Made by a program: the position numbers and the translations under genes
Source: Peribolospora baueri
Taxonomy: Eukaryota
Assembly: GCA_029717555.1 (NCBI GenBank)
Contig: JAMDHS010000118.1
Coordinates: 1 to 54,035 of the forward strand
Length of the DNA stretch: 54,035 bases
Direction of reading: 5' to 3'
Part shown: one piece after another, positions 1-19,197 of the stretch
How positions within the stretch are numbered: the first letter of the stretch is position 1
Layout: every line of letters starts with the position of its first letter
The notes under the pieces: model-generated
The model's input: the letters and a program-made list of their open reading frames with translations, nothing else
Told to the model about the DNA's origin: nothing
The model's database searches: none

Positions 1-2
1 GA

Positions 3-452
3 TATCTTACATTACATTGTGATTTTTCTATGCACTTAGAATCTAAAATATGGAAAGAAGAATATTATCAAAAGTTAAGGCATAGTTTCTCATTTTCAAG
101 AAATATTAAAGAAATTAAACTACTTGAAGTGTTAGCGGAAATATTCAATACTAATATTAGTATTAGAACTAATAAAAATAGAATAGATATTTCTGCTTCC
201 TCATTAGAAAGTTGTTTAACTGTAATAGAACATTTTGAAAGATATCCGTTTCCATCATTCAAAGCTGAACAGTTTGAAGTATGAGCAAAACTAGTAAAAC
301 TACATGCTCAAAAACCTAAATTTAGACGAAGTATTTCATCTTGGACTAGTATAGATATTAGGGTACCGGAATACGTAAAAATAATAACAGAATTTTATAA
401 TATAAAATCACGGTATGAATCTAATATTGATAATGATATTCATAATAATTAA
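3..452 (+). CDS. C-terminal part of an intronic LAGLIDADG homing endonuclease (cox1 intron ending at 479), read through TGA at 282
   Basis: ORF-track 30..284 continues in frame past TGA to TAA at 450-452; contains the LAGLIDADG-type segment VIEHFERYPFPSFKAEQFEVW. Confidence 0.65.
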
Positions 453-479
453 TATTTTATGTATTACGCTTTAACAAAG

Positions 480-7703
<7,224 letters not shown>

Positions 7704-7775
7704 CTAGTTTATTAAAAAACTATACGCTACTGGGAAAACTTAAATTATGTACCAGTAGATACTATTTTATATAAT

Positions 7776-7922
7776 ATGCCTCAATTATTACCTTTCTACT
7801 TTGTTAACCAATTATCATTTGCATTCTTTGTATTAATGACAATGATATACGTGTTCTCTAAGTACATTTTACCTGCATTTACACAATTATTCTTAACAAG
7901 AATGTATATTACTAAATTATAA
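7776..7922 (+). CDS. atp8: ATP synthase F0 subunit 8
   Basis: 48 aa [17 protein letters not shown]...RMYITKL*; too short for the ORF track. Confidence 0.96.
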   Translation: MPQLLPFYFVNQLSFAFFVLMTMIYVFSKYILPAFTQLFLTRMYITKL

Positions 7923-8445
7923 TAATAAATCCCCTAAATTATTAAATAAGAGTATTACTAATATAGTATAATATTTAGTATTTAAATAAAGGAGACCTTA
8001 GAATACGATAATATATAAATATTCCTTATTGTAAAATGAGAATATTTTATGAGCCAATTTTAACTTAATATTGAATAAGATATCAGACCCTTTTTCTTTT
8101 TACTTATTAAAAAAAAAACAGTGCACGCCAAAGCGCACGATATTTTATGTTTTATAAATTGAATAGTATATTACAAATAGAATCTTAAAAAACTATCTGT
8201 GTATTTATATTTTGCGCTTAAGGCCAATTTTAATAAAAAGGGGGCCCACTTTTTTACGCGCGCTTATTTTTGTGAAGGCTATACAAAAATTAGAAAAATA
8301 AAAGATTTTACCCAAGGGCGTAGCCACTCACCGAAAGGGAATGTATCAAATTTTAATTCGCTCCTTTATTTTTGTATAACAAAAATTAGTGCTTACTTCA
8401 TAAAAATAATATTATTTTTATAAGAAACACTTTACCACTATTCAT

Positions 8446-8517
8446 AGGGGATTAGTTGAGTGGTTTAACGTTCATCTTACACGTGAAATTAGAGTGGTTC
8501 GATTCCACTATCTCCTA
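8446..8517 (+). tRNA. trnV: tRNA-Val(UAC)
   Basis: Cloverleaf; acceptor AGGGGAT/ATCTCCT; anticodon loop CTTACAC; GTTCGA T-loop. Confidence 0.93.
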
Positions 8518-9050
8518 CTTAATTATTACTCACTAAATTGGGTACCTCTTGTGTTTTTTTTAGTTTTAAAGTCTTCTTATTTTTTTTTGACAAAAAAAAG
8601 GATACCATTAAAAAAGAAAAAGATAAAAAGTTATATTATTTTATAACATACTGAGGAAAAGTAGTAATGAACTTTTAAGGGTTATCTTTATTCTAGCTCA
8701 ATCAAAATATATTATACGCGTTATTTATATTCTAATATATTATTTATATAAATATCTATTTATGCACTCGTAGCAGATAAAATTTCAGTGTGTAATTATA
8801 AGATTGGTTTAATTCATTATAAATATAAGCATTTAAATAATTTATCGTATATATGTGATTTATAATAAGTAATTAAAGCTAGAAGGGCCTAGGACACTAA
8901 TATACAGAAATTTCTGTATTTATTAGATCATAAATGATTGTTTTTGTTAGTCTGATTTCCTTTTTAAAAAAAAATACGTCTTATTGCTCCTGATTTTTGT
9001 TTCACAAAAAAAGCCTAATAAAGATTTTCGAAAAAAATTATTTAAGTTAA

Positions 9051-10684
9051 ATGTTTTTATATAAGTTATTATTTAATCCAATATATAATGATGCTCCTCA
9101 TCCTTGGCAAATAGGATTTCAAGATGGAGCTAGTCCGACATTCGAAGGTATAACTGAATTACATGATACTATTTTCTTCTATTTAGTAGTTATTTCATTT
9201 GGAGTATTATGGATGTTATCATCAGTAATTGTAAATTTCAATAGTAAACGATCACAAATTGTTTACAAATATGCTAACCATGGTTTAAAATAACTTACTA
9301 CTAAGTTCTTATCCTCACGATCACGCTCGTGTAAGAAATTCCTCCGCAGAGGCACCTATGGATAACAAGAAATATACCGTGATGAAAAGATTCTAACCTA
9401 AAACCCTTTAGTGGAAGTTCTGGTAATCCTTCAGCTATTATTATATATGAAATTGTTCTTGACCTTTATGTTGAATTTAAATTTAATAATAAAGTAGGTT
9501 TTTATGGGGGTAAACCTAAGACAGGGGGAGGAGTTTTGATAGATATTTACATAATAGAACTATAAATCAAAAACGTATAAAATTTTACTTCAAAGAACCT
9601 GCACCTAAGGATATAACTATTATATCATCTGAACAATATTTTGACATTTTAGGTACTAATCGATTTCAATCCTTTACTCTTTAAATTTAGGAAAGTATAC
9701 TAATCCTTACCCCATAAGGGAGATAAAGTTGCAGATATATATTAGATATCATATTTAAAGATTAAATTATAAATTAGTTTATTGAGGTAAGGAATTTATT
9801 ATATATTTTAAATTAAGATAAATAATGAGTAAAATTATGTGAGGAATTTTCTTCGATTTTAAATTATTGATAAGAAGAATTTAGTAGTAAGAGAAGCCCT
9901 TTAATTTTATTATAATTAAAGAATTGGGTGAATTGCAAGAAACTCTTTAAAATTAAGACAACTTGCAGCGAAGATAATCTCAGTACTTATTTTATAAAAG
10001 AGATTATCACGTTCAACGACTAGAGAGTGAGTAGTACTAACAATAATCTCTCCACGAGTGCCCAACAATAATATATATTTAATATACTATTGATGACATA
10101 GTCTGAGCAATAGGGTAACCTATTGATGTGAAGATAAATAGCTTCACGGTAACAATCTGACATTAATTGAATTAATATGGACAATTACACCAGCATTAAT
10201 TTTAATTGCTATAGCTTTCCCAAGTTTTAAACTTCTATATTTAATGGATGAAGTAATATCTCCATCTATGACTATTAAAGTAGCTGGACATCAATGGTAC
10301 TGGTCGTACGAATATTCAGATTTTATTAATGAAGATGGAGAGTCAATAGAGTTTGATAGTTATATGATTCCTGATTCTGATTTAGAAGATGGACAATTAC
10401 GATTATTAGATGTTGATAACCGGGTTGTGGTACCAGTTGATACACATATTCGATTTATTGTCACAGGTCAAGATGTAATTCATGATTGGGCTATTCCTTC
10501 TTTAGGAATTAAAATAGATGCTGTTCCAGGTCGTTTAAACCAAACATCTGTATTAATTCAACGAGAGGGAACATTCTATGGACAATGTTCTGAAATTTGT
10601 GGAGTATATCACGGTTTCATGCCAATTGCCGTAGAAGCAGTATCCCTAGAGAAATATCTATCATGGTTAGATAGTCAATCATAG
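9051..10684 (+). CDS. cox2: cytochrome c oxidase subunit 2; exons 9051-9284, 10160-10684
   Basis: [12 protein letters not shown]...[12 protein letters not shown]...GHQWYW...[12 protein letters not shown] (CuA ligands). Confidence 0.97.
9285..10159 (+). mobile_element. cox2 group I intron, no intact ORF
   Basis: AATTGCAAG / CTTGCAGC / TCAACGACTA / GACATAGTC core; T|...G boundaries. Confidence 0.88.
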
Positions 10685-10689
10685 GAATA

Positions 10690-11250
10690 AATGAAGAAAT
10701 TAGAAAACTCTAATGTGAATCATGTAAATTTAATATATATTAACCCCACAAGGATGCCTTCAATTGCAAAAAGAATTAAACGCTAAAATTTTAGTATCGT
10801 TGGTAAATACATACACAATCATATTAATATCTCTTTAGATGCGCTTCAATGTTAGAAAAATATGCACCTAAGGGTATTATACCTGATCCAATTAAAACAT
10901 TTAGTTTACGCATGGCGGAGCCACGCACCAGAAGGTTTATGATCATTAAGGGAAATCTTTTAATAAAGGAGATCTTATCACCAGGAATATATATATTTAG
11001 TTTACTAAATAACATCTGATGATTTAGTGCTGCGTAAAACAAATAAAAAACTGGAGCAACTCCGGCGCTTACTAATTATTATATTGGTTTTAGTTTAGAT
11101 CTAAATCACAGATTACATAGAAAAACCGTAATGATGCATTTAGTAACCCTAATAAACAACCATTATTCTATAAATCAGTAATAGCTAATAATTGGAATAA
11201 GTTTACACTATCTATAATTACACTTACTCTTGATCATGTCAAGCTTTTAT
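10690..11250 (+). pseudogene. degenerate free-standing GIY-YIG endonuclease downstream of cox2
   Basis: Fragments PGIYIFSL (10981), TNYYIGFSLDLNHRL (11071) and PLFYKSVIANNWNKFTLSII (11161), separated by stops, frameshifts and repeat insertions. Confidence 0.65.
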
Positions 11251-11502
11251 TAATATTAATAACACTTATACTTTATCGTTAGAAGAAATAAAGTTATTGA
11301 TTAAATTAAATTGATATGCGCTTTTTATACACTCTTCTTTTCGGATCATAAAATATTTCTAATTCTCGCTCTAAAGATTACTATTTTTAGCGATAATGCT
11401 ATATTCTTTATGAATTTAATTTACGCTGATCACACAAAATATTAAATAATAGAATACTTTATAACATTCTCCATATTTATTATATGGTTTTAACATATTC
11501 TG

Positions 11503-11575
11503 GTGGGGGCCCTGGCCTGCGGAGCTGGCCATCCTAATTTTTAGTTTTTTTTCTAAGAAAAAAAAAGAAAATAAG
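11503..11575. repeat. dispersed GC-cluster + A/T hairpin element; near-complete inverted copy at ~41866-41933
   Basis: GGGGCCCTGGCCTGCGGAGCTGGCCATCCTAATTTTTAG(T)nCTAAG(A)n; core (GG)CCAGCTCCGCAGGC also at ~12374, 34248, 39948, 45971, and partly at 22338. Confidence 0.88.
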
Positions 11576-11899
11576 CAAAACTCCTGGATCCCTTATTATT
11601 AAAATTGGTATCGCTTTAGTTCTATTTATTTTATATAATATAAGAGAATTATTATTTCTATCAATGTATAAAAGTGTATCCCCCTACTATCTTTGTATGT
11701 TATTTTTAATCTTTATGGAACTTAGCGTAATTCTAAAGCGATCCAAAAACTAATTTGTATTTATATACGTAATTATCATATGCTATCTAGTTAAATGTGA
11801 TATGTAACACATATTAAAAGAAGTAGGTTTAAGTAAAGGTTATACACACTTTGTACTTGTTTCCTCTGGAGCATTACCAGTGGAGCATTTAAATTTGTA

Positions 11900-11984
11900 G
11901 CAAGTATGCTGGAATTTGGTAGACAGGCAATATTTAGGATATTGTGATTTAAATATTGTGAGGGTTCAAGTCCCTCTACTTGTA
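11900..11984 (+). tRNA. trnL: tRNA-Leu(UAG)
   Basis: Acceptor GCAAGTA/TACTTGT; loop TTTAGGA; long variable arm. Confidence 0.93.
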
Positions 11985-12692
11985 AAGGTAATATGATAAT
12001 TAGGATAGATAATATTAGGTATGTTATCATATTAGGAAGGTCTGACTTCATTTATAGCATGTTACTAGATATTCAATAGATTAAACTTTACGTGTTAATT
12101 TAAAAAAAAAATAAGGGGGGCCACCCTCTGCGCGTATATAAATAAATATTTTTCTTAAGAATTAAGGTAAATTTAAAGAAACTAATAACAGCTATGCATA
12201 TTATATAATAATAATTTGTGTGCTTGCCGTATGCTTTATTTTATTAAAAAGGCACCTGATTTATCACATAAAGCGTAAATATTTATTTTAAAAACTTATA
12301 TGTGATATAGAGTAAGAACTAATTTTAAGGTATAAATAACGCTTTAAGTTCTTATTTAAATAAATTAGGCCAGCCAGCTCCGCAGGCAGTCACAAATTTG
12401 AAAACTCTTGAATAAATATGCATAAGACGCGCTTTAGCGAACAATAATTTCCCATGCTAGAAGTTTCTATTATTATTAATTAAAGTGTAAGAATAATATT
12501 AATAGGAGATTACACCCATATATTAATAATACAAAATTCAGCTTATATCTATCTAATTATCCCCTTATATTTATTACACTTGCTAGTCTTATATAAAATT
12601 TATGCGCGGAGAGATGCGTGAAATTAATTAATATTTATAATTTCTGTGATTTTTTTTAAAAATTAGCGTATTGCATACAAAAAATGTACATA

Positions 12693-12765
12693 GTTGGGAT
12701 AAGTTAAATGGTTAAACTGTACAATTCATGCTTGTACTTTGAGGGTTCGATTCCCTCTTCCAGCT
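12693..12765 (+). tRNA. trnM: tRNA-Met(CAU)
   Basis: Acceptor GTTGGGA/TTCCAGC; loop TTCATGC; GTTCGA T-loop. Confidence 0.9.
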
Positions 12766-13364
12766 ATATTAGTTAAATAATAACTATACTAAGACCCGAT
12801 TCTTTATATAAAAGATTAGGACAAGTATCATTCTTCGATGTATTGAATTCTCATATTCTACTAAAATTAAATCAGTAATTGATTTTATAAAATATTAGCA
12901 TATTACTTAGGTTCATTTAAGTGATCCAAGCAAATTTTTACAAGAAAGGTTACTACTTTTCTTCGGATGTAATTTAGGTCACTTTCTTTGATTTTTTTAG
13001 AATGGCTCCGCCCAAAAGAATATAATTATGGCCAGCTACTCAGGCCGTGATAAACAAAATTATACTTTGAGCTGAATAAGCTAAATCATATGTTAATTTA
13101 AATTATACTAACGCATGGGTACGTAGCGTAAAAATATGTATGTATAATATAATTATATTATGAATGAAATAAAACCTGATCGTTTATAAAATAATTAAAA
13201 TTTAAATATAGCTTCTTGGATGGCTCCGTTCTTGGGGTACCCCTTATTTTTATCAGCTGCTGTTATTAAATTAAAATTAAGCATAAGCTGAAAATAAATA
13301 ATAAGAAAAAGCATATTTAATAGACGAATTACTATATTAGTAATAGGTTAGTAATACTTATATA

Positions 13365-14075
13365 ATGAATAGTTTTATATTAGATTTTTTAGCATTAGCT
13401 GCAGTATTATCAGGAATATTAGTAATTACATCAAAGAATCCTGTCATTTCAGTGTTATTTTTAATATCAGTTTTTGTTAATGTAGCTGGATATTTAGTAT
13501 TATTAGGTATAGGATTTATTGGTATATCTTATCTAATTGTATATGTAGGAGCTATAGCAATATTATTCTTATTCGTAGTAATGATGTTAAATTTACAATT
13601 AGCAGAATTGAGCTCAGTAGGTTCAGAATATACACAAAATTTACCATTAGGAGCTATTGTAGGATCTTTATTTTTATTTGAATTAGTTTCTATTCTACCT
13701 GTAAGCTATAAAGATGCAGGATCATTTGATTTATCTAATATTACAAATATATTATCAGAACAAAACTCTGCAGGTAGTGGTATATTTAATTGGATAAATA
13801 GTTTATTTTTAGGCGGAGCTGCTCCATACTTTAATTTATGGGGAGGCTCCGCAGAGGGTGATGCAGGTAAATCATCAAACTTTGTAATTGATGGTAATGT
13901 ACATGTTACATTCAATCCTATTGAAGCTGATGGACATTTTACTAATTTTTTACAAATTCAATCTATTGGACAAAATTTATACACATATGGTTCAATATGG
14001 TTAATCTTAACTGGTATTATTTTATTATTAGCTATGGTAGGTCCTATTACTCTATCATTAAATAAAAAACACTAA
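13365..14075 (+). CDS. nad6: NADH dehydrogenase subunit 6
   Basis: SKNPVISVLFLI...YVGAIAILFLFVVMML signature. Confidence 0.96.
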   Translation: MNSFILDFLALAAVLSGILVITSKNPVISVLFLISVFVNVAGYLVLLGIGFIGISYLIVYVGAIAILFLFVVMMLNLQLAELSSVGSEYTQNLPLGAIVGSLFLFELVSILPVSYKDAGSFDLSNITNILSEQNSAGSGIFNWINSLFLGGAAPYFNLWGGSAEGDAGKSSNFVIDGNVHVTFNPIEADGHFTNFLQIQSIGQNLYTYGSIWLILTGIILLLAMVGPITLSLNKKH

Positions 14076-14894
14076 GCTAAAATATAAGTAATATGTATAT
14101 TTCTTAAAACTCCGTGTGCTTTTATTTTTGTTTAACAAAAATTAGCATGCTTACCATATGAAAATATGTATAAGAATTATATATGTATTTACCTGTTACG
14201 CATGCACCAAAATATTTATTATAGATAAGTACATTTATTCAATTATATAATTACTATTCTATTGGATTAAATAAAATGATACATAAGCTTGTATCTTATT
14301 ATGATTTGTTACAATAATATGTTTCATTTTATATGTTACATAATTATTTAATTATATAAGACGCTTTATTACTCTTAAATTAAATTTAACTAGAATAGGA
14401 ACTCTAAAAATATAAAAGTTTTAGATGCTTGATAATAAAACTAAAAATATAGTACATTATATTAACATTTTTTTATTTTTTTTAGTTTTTTTTCTTATTT
14501 TTTTTTTGTCAAAAAAAAAAGGAAACCTTAAAAAAAGAAAAATACTATATATTCTTATATTTATATTTAATTGATAGGCAAAGCACTAGGAGGTTAATAC
14601 GTTTTCAAAATGTAATTATAAAACAATTAGTTTCTTATCTTATCATAGTAAATAGTTTTAATTATTTAACATCGAATTAAATTATATACATTAGTATAAT
14701 AGCTATTGTGCTCAATAGTTATATATATTATATATATATACATATATATACAAACTTGCTATAATTGTATAGCATTAAATCCATATATCACTTATAATTA
14801 TATGTTAAGTAACTATGTATATTTTGTGCGTAGCAATTATAAATAATATAAGTCATATAATGGTAGAAGTACTCTATTAATTATAAAATAAATT

Positions 14895-16349
14895 ATGTTA
14901 ACAACTTTACTTATTATACCTATTTTAGGAGCACTTGCTATTACTCCTATTCAAGATGGATCAGCAAAAAATGAATCTAGAATGAAACAGATTGCACTAG
15001 GTGTATCATTATTAAACTTTATAGTATCTATTATTCTATGGGGAGAATTTGATTCAAGTACTAGTCAATATCAATTTACTCAAGAATGGTTTACTGATCA
15101 ATTAAGCTTCTGTCATTTACATTTAGGAGTAGATGGATTATCTTTATATTTCGTTTTATTAACTACTTTAATTACACCAATTTGTATTTTATCTAACTGG
15201 GATAATATTAAATATGGTATGAAACATTTCTTAATAGCATTTTTAGTATTAGAATCTTTATTAATTGGTGTTTTCGTAGTATTAGATATATTATTATTCT
15301 ATATATTTTTCGAATCAGTATTAATACCTTTATTCTTAATTGTAGGAATATGGGGTGGAAGTGAAACAAGAATTAGAGCTGCCTTTTTATTATTCTTATA
15401 TACATTATTTGGATCATTATTTATGTTATTAGCTTTCTTAGTTATTTATTATAATGTTGGTTCAACAGATTTCCAAATAATAAGTTTAGCAGAAATAAGT
15501 CTAGATTCACAAAAATTATTATGGCTAGCAATATTTATTAGTATGGCAATTAAAACACCTCTTTGGCCTACTCATTTATGGTTATTTAGAGCACATGCTG
15601 AAGCACCAGTAGGAGGTAGTGTAATTTTAGCTGGATTAATACTTAAGTTAGCTACTTATGGATACATGAGAATTTTACTACAACTGTTACCTGATGCGTC
15701 ATCTTATTTTTCTCCATTGGTACAAACCTTTGCTGTAATTACAATTGTGTATGCTTCATTAGCAACCTTACGGCAAACTGATATTAAACAGTTAATTGCT
15801 TACAGTTCAGTAGCTCATATGGGAGTTGTGGTTTTAGGAATTTTCTCTAATACTATTCAAGGTATCGAGGGTGCAATTTTATTAAGTATTGCACATGGAT
15901 TTGTTAGTCCAGCATTATTTATATTAATGGGAGAAGTACTTTATGATAGATTCCACACTCGGGTAATTAAATACTACCGAGGTATGACTATGTATATGCC
16001 AATCTTCTCTTTACTATTCTTTATATTTACAATTTGTAATACAGGTATACCTTTATCATTAAACTGGGCTGGTGAATTCTTAGCTTTAACAGGAGCTTTT
16101 GAAAGAAATGTAGTCATAGGTATATTAGCTTCAAGTGGTATTGTATTAAGTGCAGCATACTCTCTTTGGCTATATAACCGAATATCTTTCGGACAGTACA
16201 GTCAATACTTGTCATATACTACAGATATTAATAGAAGAGAATTTATGATTCTATTACCATTATTAATAGCAACATTCGTATTTGGTTTATTCCCTAACAT
16301 AATTCTTGACACTTTACACTTTTCTGTATCAACACTTATATACACTTAA
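14895..16349 (+). CDS. nad4: NADH dehydrogenase subunit 4
   Basis: AIKTPLWPTHLWLFRAHAEAP, LKLATYG and LIAYSSVAHMG motifs. Confidence 0.97.
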   Translation: MLTTLLIIPILGALAITPIQDGSAKNESRMKQIALGVSLLNFIVSIILWGEFDSSTSQYQFTQEWFTDQLSFCHLHLGVDGLSLYFVLLTTLITPICILSNWDNIKYGMKHFLIAFLVLESLLIGVFVVLDILLFYIFFESVLIPLFLIVGIWGGSETRIRAAFLLFLYTLFGSLFMLLAFLVIYYNVGSTDFQIISLAEISLDSQKLLWLAIFISMAIKTPLWPTHLWLFRAHAEAPVGGSVILAGLILKLATYGYMRILLQLLPDASSYFSPLVQTFAVITIVYASLATLRQTDIKQLIAYSSVAHMGVVVLGIFSNTIQGIEGAILLSIAHGFVSPALFILMGEVLYDRFHTRVIKYYRGMTMYMPIFSLLFFIFTICNTGIPLSLNWAGEFLALTGAFERNVVIGILASSGIVLSAAYSLWLYNRISFGQYSQYLSYTTDINRREFMILLPLLIATFVFGLFPNIILDTLHFSVSTLIYT

Positions 16350-17241
16350 AACCCCTTAATTTAATAATAACGCACTTATAAGTTATAAATTTTATTGATA
16401 AATCAATACACACGATACGCAAAATGCGTAGTTTTTAAAAATAAGGGTTCCTGCCAGCGATGCGATATTCATAAAAATATATTCTACGATATGCGGATTT
16501 ACTTTTTATATACTCTTCTTTTCAACGACGAAAGAAAAAACTAGTATCGACTTATATGTTTTTTATACCCGACTATTTTATTTATTACTCATATTAATCC
16601 CCCCCCTTTCCTATAGTACACATTTAAAATTTTTGTCGCCCTTTATTTTTGTTTTACGCAGCGTAAAATAAGTGTGGCCCCGCCGGCCCCGCCCTTCTAA
16701 AATTTATCATTAGTTTGCATAAGCCAATTTTAATAATAAGGCATGAATAAAAGATAACGTACAAAGATAAATAATATTTATATTATTATTTATTCTATTT
16801 AAGATAACTTGAATCTTTATATAGGTAGAGTTATATAACTATATAATTTATTTCAAATTTAATAAAATATTATAGCGAAGCGCATGTACCCTACGCAAAT
16901 TAAATTTCAATTAAATATATAAATTATAACATATAAAACCTTTCAATTTATAAAATCGTACACTTGTAGATTACAATTTTTGGGTTCGAAATATTTTATA
17001 TTATATTATTAGCACGCGCCCTATTTTTATATAAAATAAAAAGGCGCACGATCACAAGAAAAAAATATTTTTGTTAATGTAAGTGAAAATAGTAACGATA
17101 AATTATTAATTAGAAAGATGTGTGACCAGCCAAATTAAATAAGGCAGGCCGTAAAATAAAATAGGTAGCTTGAAAATTATTTCTAGTAAAATTTAATGTC
17201 AGGTTTATACCAGCTAGAAATATATTAAAACAAAATTAATT

Positions 17242-18069
17242 ATGATAAATAATTTAGAATTAAATACAAAAATGCTAATAGAGCATACAGATTCAGCTAA
17301 CATTGTAAAATTTATGATAAATTCACCATTAGAACAATTTGAAGTAACAAATTTAATTGGAATTAATGCTCCTATATTTGGATATTTAAATATATCATTA
17401 ACTAATTTAGGATTATACACTATATTTGCCTTAATATTATCATTAGGATATCACTTTATGGCAAGTAATAATAACAAAATTATACCAAATAAATGGAGTA
17501 TATCATTAGAAAGTAGTTATGCTTCTTTACATGGTCTAGTTAAAGAACAAATTGGTAAATCTAGTGAAATCTATTTACCATTTATATACTCATTATTCTT
17601 CTTCCTAATTATATCTAACTTAAGTGGTAATATTCCATATAGCTTTACTTCAACAACTTCAATTATTGTAGCTATAGGTTTTAGTTTTACTATCTTATTA
17701 GGTGTTACTATTTTAGGATTTGAAATACATAAAATTCATTTCTTCTCATTCTTCGTTCCAAGTGGAACACCTCTACCATTAGTACCTTTCTTAGTATTAA
17801 TTGAATTAATTTCATATTTAGCTCGAGCTGTTTCATTAGGAGTTCGGTTATTTGCTAATATGGTAGCAGGACACACTTTATTAAAAATATTATCAGGATT
17901 CTTATGGGGAATGATGACAAGTGGAGTAGTATTATTCTTAGTTACATTAATTCCAATGTCAATTTTCATTGCCTTAGTTGGATTAGAAATAGCAGTATCA
18001 ATTATTCAAGCATACGTATTCTGTATCTTAACTTGTTCATACTTAAAAGATGCAATTTATCTACATTAA
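17242..18069 (+). CDS. atp6: ATP synthase F0 subunit 6 (alternative starts 17272, 17314)
   Basis: SPLEQF, SLGVRLFANMVAGH and QAYVF motifs. Confidence 0.96.
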   Translation: MINNLELNTKMLIEHTDSANIVKFMINSPLEQFEVTNLIGINAPIFGYLNISLTNLGLYTIFALILSLGYHFMASNNNKIIPNKWSISLESSYASLHGLVKEQIGKSSEIYLPFIYSLFFFLIISNLSGNIPYSFTSTTSIIVAIGFSFTILLGVTILGFEIHKIHFFSFFVPSGTPLPLVPFLVLIELISYLARAVSLGVRLFANMVAGHTLLKILSGFLWGMMTSGVVLFLVTLIPMSIFIALVGLEIAVSIIQAYVFCILTCSYLKDAIYLH

Positions 18070-18183
18070 TAAATTAAAAAAAAATTAACCCCTTTATATT
18101 ATTAAACAATATATATATCAATTACTTCATACGCTAGGATATTTATCCTACTGAGATTTAGTTTAAACTTATAAAATTAATAC

Positions 18184-18255
18184 AAGAGTGTCGTATAGTG
18201 GTTAATACTTCGATCTCCAAAATCGAAAACGTGGGTTCAATTCCTACCTCTCTTG
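18184..18255 (+). tRNA. trnW: tRNA-Trp(CCA)
   Basis: Anticodon arm TCGAT-CTCCAAA-ATCGA; T arm GTGGG-TTCAATT-CCTAC. Confidence 0.92.
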
Positions 18256-18840
18256 ATTTCTGCGCGCTTATTTTTGTTTCACAAATTAGCGTTATAATAA
18301 TAGTTAAAAAACTTGTACGATTTTTCGTGAAATAAAAATTAGGAAAAACCAGCGCATTATTTTTAAATAAGTTTAGTAGTTAATATATATTATATAGGTA
18401 ATAATGACAATATGGAATGTATTTGCCAAGTAATCAAAGGGATTATTAAGGATGCCTAGCATACATGAATTTAAGGAAGTTAAAACTTAAAGCTTATGTA
18501 AAATTTTATTTGATAATCATAAGCATTCCTAAGGAAAACCAATAATATAATAACGCTGCGAAGTGAAACATCTCAGTAGCAGTAGGAAAGGAAATCAACA
18601 GAGACTCCGAAAGTAATGGTGAGTGAAATCGGATTAGCCAATAATTCTAATTGTATAATACTAATATCTTGGAAAAGCTACTAAATGTTTTATACAAAAC
18701 CCATAGAAGGTAATAGTCCTGTAGTATTAGCAAAGAATTAATAATAAGTAATATGAGAGTTAACTTGTATGAATATAGGGGTACCATCCTCTAAGGCTAA
18801 GTATATCATGTATAGCGATAGTAAAAAGTACCGTGAGGGA

Positions 18841-19197
18841 AACTCTTTTCTTTCAAAATATTGAATCAGCTTAGTAGATTCTAATTAAATTAGTGTGCGG
18901 AGCGTGCGCACATAAGAAAAGAATGTGTTTTTCAAGATATCCGTTGGATATAAATGAACCTTTCCCAGTTATCAAGTAATTGATAATGTTAACAAAACAC
19001 TTTATGCTGGAAGTTCTATAACTAAAATCTAGTACTAAAAATAACTAGTTAAAATCTAGATATTTAATAGATAACCAGCAGGAACATATTAGTTCCTCAG
19101 AGACTAAACGTGTTATCCTTGATACGCGCGTGGCCTAGCCCGTCGCAAAGGAATAAGATATAGTCCAGAAAATAGTAGTAATTATTTATTTTTCTAG
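18841..19197 (+). mobile_element. rnl group I intron 1, ORF-less
   Basis: Interrupts GTACCGTGAGGGA|AAGGTGAAAAG; ATGCTGG / CCAGCAGG / TCAGAGACTA / AAGATATAGTCC core. Confidence 0.85.

Noticed and set aside
8199..8423. 74-aa ORF upstream of trnV
   Set aside because: GTG start, built largely from dispersed hairpin repeats.
11791..12051. 86-aa minus-strand ORF
   Set aside because: Antisense to tRNA-Leu; no motif.
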